Of a stretch of DNA of 64,000 nucleotides, positions 29,984 through 39,547 are shown piece after piece. Under the pieces are notes generated by a model. It was not told the origin of the DNA, made no database searches, and saw only the letters and a program-made list of their open reading frames with translations. Position 1 is the stretch's first letter. Each line of letters begins with the position of its first letter. Location of the stretch: NCBI GenBank assembly GCA_965243135.1, contig OZ251539.1, positions 4,096,001 to 4,160,000 of the forward strand. Direction: 5' to 3'. Source of the stretch: Alphaproteobacteria bacterium. GTDB lineage: Bacteria > Pseudomonadota > Alphaproteobacteria > MPNO01 > UBA830. Made by a program: the position numbers and the translations under genes.

Positions 29984-32203
29984 TCACGCCTGCGCGGGCG
30001 GCAGCGGTTGCTCCACGGCGGCGGCGGCCGCCGCCTTGGGGTCTTCGCCTTCGTTCACCTTGACCCGCACTTCGCGCCGCGCGAATTGTATGCCGTTGGC
30101 CTCGAACTCCTGTTGCACGCGGTTGTAGACCTCCTTGCGGATCATGAATTGCCGGCCCGGCTTCGCCATGTACTTGCCGCGGACGACGATGCCGACGTCG
30201 TCGACCTCCATCACGCCCTGGCTCTTGAACGGCTGGATGAAGTCGCCGGCCAGCTCCGGCACCTGCATCAGGTCGGCGCCGATCTTCTTGAAGATGTTCT
30301 TCACCTTCTTGAGGTCGGTGTCGAACGGAACCGTGAACTTCAGCTTCATGATCACCCAGTCGCGCGAATAGTTGGTGATCCTGGGAATGTCGCCGAAGGG
30401 GATCGTGTGGATCGCGCCCCGGTGATGCCGCAGCCTCAGCGAACGGATGGAAATCCTTTCGACCGTCCCGACCGTGCCGTCGATGTCGAGATACTCGCCG
30501 GTCCGGAACGCGTCGTCGACCAGGAAGAAGATGCCCGAGACGACGTCGCTGACCAGTTTCTGCCCGCCGAAGCCGATGGCGAGGCCGATGATGCCGGCGC
30601 CGGCCAGCAGCGGCGTGATGTCGATGCCGACGTTCCCGAGAGCGATCAGCACGGTGACGGCGACGATCGCCGACCGCAGCACCCAGCGGACGAGCGGAAG
30701 CACCGTGGAAAGGCGGGAGCCGCCGACGCCGCCGCCCTCGCCGCCGCCGGGCTCGTCGGGATCGAAGCCCGCGTCCGTCTGCTCGCCCGCCAGCCGCCGG
30801 TCGATCCACAGGGTCGTCAGCTCGAACGCGAGAAAGCCCGCTCCCAGCACCAGCAGCACCTCGATCAGGCGGGCCGCGGCCTGCGCTCCGATCCCCGCGC
30901 TGGCCAGGAAGTCGATCTCCCAAATCTCGACCATGAGAAAGACGAAAAGGCAAAACACCAGCAAGCGGCCGATCTGGACGTAGCTGCGCAGCGCGGAACG
31001 ATACGCCCGTTCGGCGAGTCGCCCCTCGCCGGTCATCGGCGGCACCGCATGCCGGACGACGCCCCTTATCGTCGTGTCCAGCACCGGGACGGCGCCGAGT
31101 AGCGCCAGCGTCAGATAATGGCTTCCCCCGACGATGAGATGCAACTGTTCCAGATACGCCAGGCATTCGACCAGCAGCCAGGTAAGGCCGCTGAAGACGA
31201 TCATGGCGTAGGGATAGGAGGCGATCGCCTTCGCTTCCAGCGGCGAGAGGTCGTCGTCGCCGCCGCGAAGCATCGTGACCAACCCCTCCCGCGTATCCCA
31301 GGCGATGAAGGCTATATAGGCGAGCGTCGCCAGAGTTAGCCAGAAGCCGAGCTTCAGATCGTCGACCGGAATGCCGTTGCGCGTACTGAAGTTCAGCATT
31401 GCGAATTGGAAGCCGATCAGCAGAGCCAGCAGGATCAGGTGCCGGTAAAGAATGCGCGCCGTGCGGTCGTCGGTTCGCACGAGCCGAAGCTCCGGCCGGC
31501 GGGGCGCAATCAGGAACCGCGACAACGCGGCCGCCCCCATGGGCAGAATCGCGAGATACGTCAGGATCAGCCGCCCGAACGGACGGTCCGCCTCGTTCAT
31601 CGTCGCGTCGAGGATCAGGCCCGAAACGATCGCCAGAAGGATCAGGCCCGAAGCGTCGAGGAGCAGCCGGAGCGTCAGCACCTTGAGCGTCTCCTTCAGC
31701 CCGCGGTCGCCCGCGGCCTCGGCGATGCGGTGCCGCCATCTCCCGGCTAGGCGGTAGGTCAGCCATCCGGCCGCCAACCCGCCGAGAAGCGAGAGGGCCG
31801 CGAGGCCCAGAAACGCCGCCGTGCCGGACGCGCCGCGCATTTCGTAGAACGCGGCGAACGCCCGGCCCTGCACCGTCAGCAGATCGGGCAGGCTTCCGGC
31901 CGCGTCCAGGACGGAGCCGGCGACGCCCGCCGCCAGCCCGGCGATCTCGTCCGTCATGCTGCGCCGCGCCGTGCGCTCCCTCTCTGCGGCGACGGCGTCG
32001 AGCCGCTCCAGCAGGAGTTGCCGCACCTGTTGGTCCGACAGCCGGGACACCGCGTCCCTGACCTCGCCGGGAGACATGGCGTCGGGAACGCTCGGCGCCG
32101 ACGGGGAACCGGTCGCGGTCAGCGCCCCGGTCTGGGCTCGCGCCGAACCGGCGGCGAGCGCGCAACACAGCGCCAGAAGAAAAGCGAAGAGAAATCGCGG
32201 CAT
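29984..32203 (-). CDS. Large MscS-family mechanosensitive channel
   Basis: Signal peptide, multiple TMs, LLAGAGIIGLAIGFG, GTVERISIRS and IPFGDI..ITNYSR. Confidence 0.9.
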   Translation of the reverse strand: MPRFLFAFLLALCCALAAGSARAQTGALTATGSPSAPSVPDAMSPGEVRDAVSRLSDQQVRQLLLERLDAVAAERERTARRSMTDEIAGLAAGVAGSVLDAAGSLPDLLTVQGRAFAAFYEMRGASGTAAFLGLAALSLLGGLAAGWLTYRLAGRWRHRIAEAAGDRGLKETLKVLTLRLLLDASGLILLAIVSGLILDATMNEADRPFGRLILTYLAILPMGAAALSRFLIAPRRPELRLVRTDDRTARILYRHLILLALLIGFQFAMLNFSTRNGIPVDDLKLGFWLTLATLAYIAFIAWDTREGLVTMLRGGDDDLSPLEAKAIASYPYAMIVFSGLTWLLVECLAYLEQLHLIVGGSHYLTLALLGAVPVLDTTIRGVVRHAVPPMTGEGRLAERAYRSALRSYVQIGRLLVFCLFVFLMVEIWEIDFLASAGIGAQAAARLIEVLLVLGAGFLAFELTTLWIDRRLAGEQTDAGFDPDEPGGGEGGGVGGSRLSTVLPLVRWVLRSAIVAVTVLIALGNVGIDITPLLAGAGIIGLAIGFGGQKLVSDVVSGIFFLVDDAFRTGEYLDIDGTVGTVERISIRSLRLRHHRGAIHTIPFGDIPRITNYSRDWVIMKLKFTVPFDTDLKKVKNIFKKIGADLMQVPELAGDFIQPFKSQGVMEVDDVGIVVRGKYMAKPGRQFMIRKEVYNRVQQEFEANGIQFARREVRVKVNEGEDPKAAAAAAVEQPLPPAQA

Positions 32204-32432
32204 GATTTCGAACCCGTCCGTTGTCTGCGGATGCCGCCGGCCGGCCATCCGCCGAAAGCTCGCGCCGACGCGCGACGCCCTTCGCCGCCGCCGAGGGCCG
32301 CCCGCTCCGTCGCCCAAGGCGCCCGTTCCCCGCGAACCCGGCCCCCTTTGCGCACCGTCGAACCGGGCGTTACATTAAACCCGATCCCGGGACGAATCGA
32401 AAGATTCCCGGTACGCGAATCAGAAGGGAAGA

Positions 32433-33434
32433 ATGGCTATGAAACTATACGGAACCGTCGGCGCGCTGGTCGGCCTCGCGCTCGCGGGCGGCGCGGCGTC
32501 CGCCGCGGACATGAAAATCGGCTACGCGACGATCAACGATCCGCAGCACGCCATCGCGCTGGAAATCCAGAAGCGCTTCGCCGCCGCCAAGGACGCCGGC
32601 ATCGAGGTGCGCATCTTCCCCTCGGGCCAGATCGGCAAAATCCCGCGCATGATTGAAGGGTTGCAGTTCGGAACGCTCGAAGCCCTCATCTCGCCGCCCG
32701 GCTTCCTGGTCGGCATCAATCCGGCGTTCCAGGTTCCCGACGCGCCCGGCGTGTTCGCGGACGTCTTCCACGCGCACCGGACCCTCAACGATCCGGCCTT
32801 CTTCGGACCGTACTCGCAGCTCGCGTCCTCGCGCGGCATCAAGATGGCCTCGCTGTACGTGTACGGCCCCACCTCCTTCGCGAGCAAGGCGCCGCTCCGT
32901 TCGCTGGCGGACTTCAAGGGCAAGAAAATCAGGGTGCTCGCCACCAAGATGGAAAGCTCGCTCGTGGGCAAGTTCGGCGCGGCGGGCGTTCCGATACCGT
33001 ACACGGAAGTGCTGCCGGCCCTGCAGCGCGGCACCATCGACGCGGTGCGCAGCTCGATCATCGTCATGGGCGGATCGAAGTTCTTCACGGTCACCAAGTT
33101 CATAACCGTCGTCGAAAGCGGGCAAATCCCCAGCGTCGTGATGCTGAGCGACATCTGGCTCAAGAAGCTCTCCGCCGCGCAGCGCAAGTTCGTCGAGTCC
33201 ACGCTCGCCGGAATGAGCGAGGGGAACACCGGGATCGCCGCCGAGTACGGCAAGCGCGCCGAGCAGCTGTGGAAGGACAACGGCGCCGAAGTGATCCGCC
33301 TTTCGGCCGCCGAACAGAAGACCTTCATGGACACGGTGCGTCCACTGGGCGACGAATTTCTCGGCAAGCACCCGAACGCCAAGGTCCGGGAGATGTACGG
33401 GATCCTCAAGGATTCCGCCAAGCGCAACATGTAG
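32433..33434 (+). CDS. dctP: TRAP transporter substrate-binding protein (DctP family)
   Basis: Signal peptide, FPSGQIG, DFKGKKIRV and EVLPALQRGTID. Confidence 0.85.
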   Translation: MAMKLYGTVGALVGLALAGGAASAADMKIGYATINDPQHAIALEIQKRFAAAKDAGIEVRIFPSGQIGKIPRMIEGLQFGTLEALISPPGFLVGINPAFQVPDAPGVFADVFHAHRTLNDPAFFGPYSQLASSRGIKMASLYVYGPTSFASKAPLRSLADFKGKKIRVLATKMESSLVGKFGAAGVPIPYTEVLPALQRGTIDAVRSSIIVMGGSKFFTVTKFITVVESGQIPSVVMLSDIWLKKLSAAQRKFVESTLAGMSEGNTGIAAEYGKRAEQLWKDNGAEVIRLSAAEQKTFMDTVRPLGDEFLGKHPNAKVREMYGILKDSAKRNM

Positions 33435-33538
33435 GCGCGCGGGCGCCGGGGGCGGCGGCCCTCGGCGCCGGGCGGGGAAGCGGCGAAACCGGTCATGACG
33501 GGACGAAGCGCCGAGCGCGGCGGCCGGGCGAAGGCCGA

Positions 33539-35623
33539 GTGACCGGCGCGGCCCGGATTCCGCCGTGGCGCATCGGCGTCGACGTCGGCGGCACCTTCAC
33601 CGATCTCGTCGTCGCCGACGCGAACGGCCGGACGGACGTGTTCAAGGTTCCGTCCTTGCCCGTGGATCCGGGAGAAGGCGTAATCGCGGCGCTCGAGGCG
33701 GCGGTCGCCGCGTACGGCCTTTCCCTCGAGGGCCTGCTCGGCGATTGCCAGTTCTTCCTGCACGGGTCCACGGTCGCCACCAACACCTTGTTGGAGAGCA
33801 AGGGCGCGCGGGTCGGCCTCCTGACCACGAGGGGCTTTCGCGACAGCCTCGAAGCGCGCCGGGGCATGCGGAAGAATCCCTGGGACCACCGAACGCCCTA
33901 CCCGCCCGTTCTGGTGCCGCGCTATCTGCGCCGGCCGGTCGCCGGCCGCATCGACGCCGCCGGCAAGGAGGTCGAAGCGCTCGACCGCGAAGACGTCCGC
34001 GCCGCCTGCCGTGCGTTCCGCGACGAAGGGGTCGAATCCGTCGCCGTCTGCCTGCTCAACAGCTTCGTCAACCCCGCGCACGAACGGGCCGCGGCCGAAA
34101 TCCTGCGCGAGGAGAACCTGTGCGACGCGATATCCGTGTCCTCGGACATCGTGCCGATCATGGGCGAATACGAGCGCTGCTCGACGACGGTGGTGAACGC
34201 CTATGTCATGCCGCGCGTCGGCACCTACCTGCGGGCGCTGCAGAAGCGCCTGACCGGGATGGGACTCCGGACCAAGCTCCTGATGCTGCAGAGCAACGGC
34301 GGTGCCGCCTCCCTCGACCAGCTGCTGCAGCGGCCCGTGAACCTGCTGCTGTCCGGTCCTTCGGCCGGCGTCGGCGCCATGCGCCGCCTCGCGGCGCAAA
34401 TCGGCGAGGACAACCTGGTCAGCATGGAGATCGGCGGGACGAGCTGCGACGTGATGCTGATGCATCGGGGCGAGGTCGCGATCACCGACATGCTGTCCGT
34501 CGCCGACTACGATCTCGTAACCCCGTCGGTCGACATCCATACCGTCGGCGCCGGCGGCGGCACCATCGCGGGAGTGGATCCGGCGGGGCTCGTCTACGCC
34601 GGCCCCCAGGGCGCGGGCGCGAAGCCCGGCCCCGCGGCCTACGGCCTCGGCGGCGTCCGCCCGACCGTCACCGACGCCCATCTCGTGCTCGGCCGCCTGC
34701 GGCCCGGTCCCTACGCGGGCGGCTCCGTGACGCTCGATCTCGCGGCGGCCGAGGAGGCGATCGACAGGGAGATCGCGGAGCCGCTCGGGCTTTCCCGCGC
34801 GGACGCGGCCGCCGGCCTGATCCGCATCGTGGAGCAGAACCTGCTGCATGCCGTCGAACGGATCAGCATCCAGCGGGGCTACAACCCCGGACGGTTCATG
34901 CTGATCGCCTGCGGCGGCGCGGGTCCGATGCACGGCGCGACCATCGGCCGCCGACTCGGCGCGCGGGCGGTCTACGCGCCGCGGCAGTCCGGCGCGTTCT
35001 GCGCCATCGGCATGCAGCACGCCGACGTGCGGCGGGATTTCGTTCGGGTGCTGATGCGCCGGCTGGACGACGGCGCGTCCCGCGAGATACGCCAAGGGTA
35101 CGCCGACCTCGAAGCGCAGGCGCGGACGGCGCTGCGCGAGGAAGGCTTCGAGCCCGGCAGCATGGCGTTCGGCCGCGAGCTCGACCTGCATTACGAGGGG
35201 CAGCAATGGGACGTGCGGGTCGCCCTCGCCTCCGACGCCTCGCCGGACCGGATCCGCGAAGCCTTCGAAGCGGAGTACGATCGCCAGTTCGGACACACCA
35301 ATCCCGGCGGACGAATCAACGTGGCCAAACTGCGCATCGTCGGAACCGGCAGGCTGCCGCCGCTGGAGGATCCCGCGTTTCCGCGCGTCGACGCGCCGGC
35401 CGTTCCCGCCGGGAGCCGCATGGCGTACGCCGAAGCGGCCGGCGGCTTCGTCGAGACGCAGGTCTATCGCGGCGCCGATTTGCATCACGGACAGGGATTC
35501 CGGGGTCCCGCGATCGTCGAGGAAGAAACGACGACGGTCCTGGTCGGCCCCGGCGACAGGGTCGCGGTCGACGCGCTCGGAAATTACGTCATCGCCTTCG
35601 ACGGCGGAGAGCGGACGCCATGA
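33539..35623 (+). CDS. Hydantoinase A/5-oxoprolinase ATP-binding subunit
   Basis: GVDVGGTFTD, HGSTVATN, SGPSAG, EIGGTSCD and GAGGG. Confidence 0.92.
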   Translation: MTGAARIPPWRIGVDVGGTFTDLVVADANGRTDVFKVPSLPVDPGEGVIAALEAAVAAYGLSLEGLLGDCQFFLHGSTVATNTLLESKGARVGLLTTRGFRDSLEARRGMRKNPWDHRTPYPPVLVPRYLRRPVAGRIDAAGKEVEALDREDVRAACRAFRDEGVESVAVCLLNSFVNPAHERAAAEILREENLCDAISVSSDIVPIMGEYERCSTTVVNAYVMPRVGTYLRALQKRLTGMGLRTKLLMLQSNGGAASLDQLLQRPVNLLLSGPSAGVGAMRRLAAQIGEDNLVSMEIGGTSCDVMLMHRGEVAITDMLSVADYDLVTPSVDIHTVGAGGGTIAGVDPAGLVYAGPQGAGAKPGPAAYGLGGVRPTVTDAHLVLGRLRPGPYAGGSVTLDLAAAEEAIDREIAEPLGLSRADAAAGLIRIVEQNLLHAVERISIQRGYNPGRFMLIACGGAGPMHGATIGRRLGARAVYAPRQSGAFCAIGMQHADVRRDFVRVLMRRLDDGASREIRQGYADLEAQARTALREEGFEPGSMAFGRELDLHYEGQQWDVRVALASDASPDRIREAFEAEYDRQFGHTNPGGRINVAKLRIVGTGRLPPLEDPAFPRVDAPAVPAGSRMAYAEAAGGFVETQVYRGADLHHGQGFRGPAIVEEETTTVLVGPGDRVAVDALGNYVIAFDGGERTP

Positions 35624-37353
35624 CGGCCCTGGATCCCGTCCTTCTCGCGCTCACCCAGAACCGGCTGGACCACATCTCCCACCAGATGGGGTGGGTGATG
35701 GTGCGCACGGCGCGCAGCCCGATCTTCAGCCAGGCGCACGATTTTTCCTGCTTCATCGCCGGCCCGGGCGGCGAAGTGGTGAGCCAAGCCGACGGCATTC
35801 CCATCCACACCGGCAGCGGCGGCTTCGGGGTGCGGGCGATCCTGCGGGATTTCGAGGGCGACATCGCGGAAGGCGACGTATTCCTTCTCAACGACCCGTG
35901 GGCGGCCGGCGGCAACCACCTGCCCGACTGGGTGATCGCCCGCCCGGTCTTCGTCGACGGGACCATGGCCGGACTGACCTGCAACCGCGCGCACCAGTCG
36001 GACATCGGCGGCGGCGCGGCGGGCGCCTACAATCCCGGCGCCACCGAGGTGTTCGAGGAAGGAATTCGCCTGCCCGTCCTCAAACTGGCGGAAGCGGGGA
36101 AGATCCGCCGCGATCTCTGGAAGCTGCTGCTGCTCAACACGCGGACGCCGCATCTTCTGGACGGCGACCTGCGAGCCATGCTGGGATCGACCCGCATCGG
36201 CATGGAACGCGTGGCGGCGCTGGTCGAGGAACTCGGCGCGGACGAGGCCTTCCGGTATTTCGCGGGCGTTCTCGATCATGCCGACCGGTCGGTGCGGGCG
36301 GAGATTTCCAGGCTGCCCGACGGCGTCTACGAGGCCGAGGACCGCTCCGACAACGACTGCTTCGAGCTGCGCGACGTAACGGTGCGGGTCAGGCTGACGA
36401 TCGAGGGCGACCGGGCGACGGTCGACTTCGCGGGTTCGGATCCGCAGATAAGGGGATTCAAGAACTCGTCCCTGGGCAACACCTGCTCGGCCGTCTACAC
36501 CGCGCTGGCTTCGTTTCTCGATCCGGATCTGCCCCATAACGAAGGCGCGTTCCGTTGCGTCGACGTGGTCGCGCCGGAAGGCACGATCGTCAACGCCGCC
36601 GAGGGCGCGTCCACGACCATGTGCACGGTCTTCTTCGCGCACGAAATCATTCATGCCGTCTGGAAGGCGCTGGCGCAGGCCGACCCGCGGCGCGGCTGCG
36701 CCGGCTGGGCGAAGAACGTGTTCGGCCTGTCCGTCGGCCGCGAGGAAAGCGGCCTCCCTTACGTCTTCTACCACGGCGCGGCTTCGGCGGGCGCCGGCGC
36801 GGTGGAGGGCCGCGACGGCTTCAACCAGATCGGCCACGTCTGCACTTTGGGCGGATTGACGATGCCCAACGTGGAAGCCTACGAGCAGCTCTACCCCGTC
36901 CTTTTCCGCCGGCAGGAGTTCCGCGCCGACGCTGCGGGCGCAGGCGAGTGGCGCGGCGGCAGCGGCTGCGAGTACGAGGTCGACATCCGCACGCCCGCCA
37001 CCCACTCCTTCCGCGGCGAAGGGCTCGGCTACGAGACGGGGTACGGCATCAACGGCGGCCGCGGCGGCGCTCCGGGCGAGATGCATCTCGCGCATCCCGA
37101 CGGCGCGACGGAAGCCGCGCCGAAATACGGGCTGCTGGCCACCGGACCGGTGCGCTTCGTCACCAGTTCGCCGGGCGGCGGCGGATACGGCGACCCGCTG
37201 AAGCGCGATCCCGAGCGCGTGCTTCGCGACCGTCGCGACGAGATCATTTCGGAAGCCGCGATGCGCGAAGTGTACGGAGTCGCGGCCGCGCCCGACGGGC
37301 GGACGGTGGACGCGGCGGCCACGGCGGCGCTCCGCAAGCGGCTGGAACGCTGA
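35620..37353 (+). CDS. Hydantoinase B/5-oxoprolinase subunit
   Basis: ARSPIF..AHDFS, PIHTG, NDPW.GGNHLPD, AHQSDIGG and PGGGGYGDP. Confidence 0.92.
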   Translation: MTALDPVLLALTQNRLDHISHQMGWVMVRTARSPIFSQAHDFSCFIAGPGGEVVSQADGIPIHTGSGGFGVRAILRDFEGDIAEGDVFLLNDPWAAGGNHLPDWVIARPVFVDGTMAGLTCNRAHQSDIGGGAAGAYNPGATEVFEEGIRLPVLKLAEAGKIRRDLWKLLLLNTRTPHLLDGDLRAMLGSTRIGMERVAALVEELGADEAFRYFAGVLDHADRSVRAEISRLPDGVYEAEDRSDNDCFELRDVTVRVRLTIEGDRATVDFAGSDPQIRGFKNSSLGNTCSAVYTALASFLDPDLPHNEGAFRCVDVVAPEGTIVNAAEGASTTMCTVFFAHEIIHAVWKALAQADPRRGCAGWAKNVFGLSVGREESGLPYVFYHGAASAGAGAVEGRDGFNQIGHVCTLGGLTMPNVEAYEQLYPVLFRRQEFRADAAGAGEWRGGSGCEYEVDIRTPATHSFRGEGLGYETGYGINGGRGGAPGEMHLAHPDGATEAAPKYGLLATGPVRFVTSSPGGGGYGDPLKRDPERVLRDRRDEIISEAAMREVYGVAAAPDGRTVDAAATAALRKRLER

Positions 37354-37436
37354 AGGCGAACCGCCGACGGCGTCTTCACAAGCGTGACCGCAAGTAGCAT
37401 ACTGCCGCGGGCTTGCAGCGGCGAGGAGACGGAAAC

Positions 37437-38771
37437 ATGGCCGATCTGAGAACCGAATTCTGCGGCATTCCCTTCAAGAATCCGGTGTTGGTCGCCTCGC
37501 TCGAAACGACCAACAGTCCCGACCTCATGAAGCAGGCGTTCGACTACGGCGCGGGCGGGGCCATCATCAAGACGCTGACCGACATCGACGACATGGCCGT
37601 TCTGACCATGAACTCGAAGTACTGCATCATGAACGAGCGCGGCGACATCATAAAGGGCAAGGTGCCGCGCGACTTCAAGTTCTACAGCCGCTCCGGCTAT
37701 TCGAGCACCTACTACAAGGACTGGATTCCCTGCCTGAAGGAAGTGGGCGCCTACGCGCGGGAGCGCGACGCCCATCTGATCGGCAGCGCCGGCGCCAGGG
37801 ACGTCGACGGTTGGAAGGACATCTGCCGCACGTTCGAGGATTGCGGCGTCCCGCTCGTCGAGCTCAATTTCGGGTGCCCGCATCCGGCCATGATGCCGGG
37901 CGTCCACGGCGGCAGCATGATCGGCCAGTCGGCCGAGGTGGCGTTCGAAGTGACGCGCGCGGTCCGCGAAGCGGTGGACATCCCGATCATGGTGAAGCTG
38001 ACGCCGGACCAGACGCGGCCGGTGGAGATCGCGCGGGCCGTCAAGGAAGCGGGCGCGGCGGCGGTGACGGCCACCAACCGCTACACCGGCTTCGCCGTCG
38101 ACATCGAGACCGGACGCCCGCGGCTGGAAGGCCCCGCGGGCATCGGCGGCACCTGGACGAAGCCGCTCACCCTGCGTTACGTCCACAACATCTATCGCGA
38201 AGTCGGCATCCCCATCGCAGGTTCCAACGGCGTCTTCGATCACCGCGACGTGGTCGAGTTCCTGATGACCGGCGCGGACGTCGTGGAAGTCGGGTCGGTG
38301 CTGATGATCAAGGGCATGAAGTGGCTTCCCGGCATCGTGCGCGGCCTCGAGCGCTTCATGGACGAGCGCGGTTATCCCGACGTCGCCGCGATGCGCGGCA
38401 TCGCGACCGAATCGTCGGTGCAGGACTACGCCGGCCAGTTCGCGCAACCGCGAATCCACGCCGTCGTCGACCGGGAAACCTGCCAAAACCCGACCTGCAA
38501 CATCTGCGTGCAGATGTGCTTCTACGAAGCGCTGTCGCAGAACCCGGCCGGCCGCATCGACGTGCATCCCGACTCCTGCATCGGCTGCGAGCTCTGCCTC
38601 GACGTCTGCCCGTTCGACTCGATCTCCATGGAGCCGACCTCGGAAGCGCAGTTCGCTGAAGGGTATTTCGCGATTCCGGACGGCGTCTACGAAAAGCCCG
38701 GCAAGTTCGTCACGCAACGCAACAACATGGAAACCATAACCCGGGACGGCCCGAGGCTGGCGGCGGAATAG
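37437..38771 (+). CDS. PreA-like dihydropyrimidine/dihydroorotate dehydrogenase-family FMN enzyme with a C-terminal 2x[4Fe-4S] domain
   Basis: ELNFGCPH, VKLTP, ATN, CxxxxCxxCxxxC and CIGCELCLDVCP. Confidence 0.82.
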   Translation: MADLRTEFCGIPFKNPVLVASLETTNSPDLMKQAFDYGAGGAIIKTLTDIDDMAVLTMNSKYCIMNERGDIIKGKVPRDFKFYSRSGYSSTYYKDWIPCLKEVGAYARERDAHLIGSAGARDVDGWKDICRTFEDCGVPLVELNFGCPHPAMMPGVHGGSMIGQSAEVAFEVTRAVREAVDIPIMVKLTPDQTRPVEIARAVKEAGAAAVTATNRYTGFAVDIETGRPRLEGPAGIGGTWTKPLTLRYVHNIYREVGIPIAGSNGVFDHRDVVEFLMTGADVVEVGSVLMIKGMKWLPGIVRGLERFMDERGYPDVAAMRGIATESSVQDYAGQFAQPRIHAVVDRETCQNPTCNICVQMCFYEALSQNPAGRIDVHPDSCIGCELCLDVCPFDSISMEPTSEAQFAEGYFAIPDGVYEKPGKFVTQRNNMETITRDGPRLAAE

Positions 38772-38826
38772 CGCCCGCCGGCCGGATCCGGCGGAAAGGC
38801 GCGAACGGGAGACCGCGGAGCGACGC

Positions 38827-39516
38827 ATGGCGAAATCGGAATTCAGGCTGGAACTCGAGGCCGCGGTGAACGAACGCCACTGCGCCGACCATCCGATGTG
38901 GGACAAGCTCGCCGCCGGCGAACTCGGCCGCCGCGCGTGCATGGGTTGGGCCGTGGAGCACTATCACTGGATCTCCACGATGCTGCGCGAAGCGACGTTC
39001 GGCATCTGCGCCAAGGCGCCCGGCGACGTGATCGAGGTCGAGCTGGAGAACTTCCGCGAGGAAGAAGATCCGGACGAGCCCCACATGGAGATCGTCCTGA
39101 AATTCGCGAAGGCGAACGGAGCGGATCTCGACGAGGTCAGAAGCGGCGAGGGCCTGCCGACCACCCGCTCGTGGTCGGCGTGGCTCAGGCATGTCGCCAG
39201 GGAGGAGCCGTGGTATTGCGGCGTGGCCGCGATCCGCATCGGCACCGAGTCCCAGTCGCCCCGGCTGTACAGCAAGGTTCTGCCGTCCCTGCGCGAGAAC
39301 TACCGGTACGACGAAGAGGACATCAAGCATTTCTGGCTGCATTCCGAGGTCGACATCGAACATGGCGACCGCGGATTCGAGGTTCTCGAACGCCATTGCT
39401 CGACCCGCGAGATGAAGGAGGCGGCGATCCGCTTCGCCCGCGAAAGCGCTCGCATGCGCTGGTTTTATTTCGACGGAATTCACCTGCACTACGAACTGGG
39501 CTACGCGCTTCGCTAG
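38827..39516 (+). CDS. Heme-oxygenase-like diiron oxidase (CADD/PqqC/TenA fold)
   Basis: ENFREEE...H, TESQ and HSEVDIEH (HxxxDxxH) metal-ligand pattern. Confidence 0.8.
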   Translation: MAKSEFRLELEAAVNERHCADHPMWDKLAAGELGRRACMGWAVEHYHWISTMLREATFGICAKAPGDVIEVELENFREEEDPDEPHMEIVLKFAKANGADLDEVRSGEGLPTTRSWSAWLRHVAREEPWYCGVAAIRIGTESQSPRLYSKVLPSLRENYRYDEEDIKHFWLHSEVDIEHGDRGFEVLERHCSTREMKEAAIRFARESARMRWFYFDGIHLHYELGYALR

Positions 39517-39547
39517 CCTCCCGGAAACAAGGAAAGGAAACCGGATC

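Noticed and set aside
33565-35619. Apparent 1262-aa ORF suggesting a fused protein
   Set aside because: The N-terminal half is an off-frame shadow of hydantoinase A; the real gene starts at ATG 35620.
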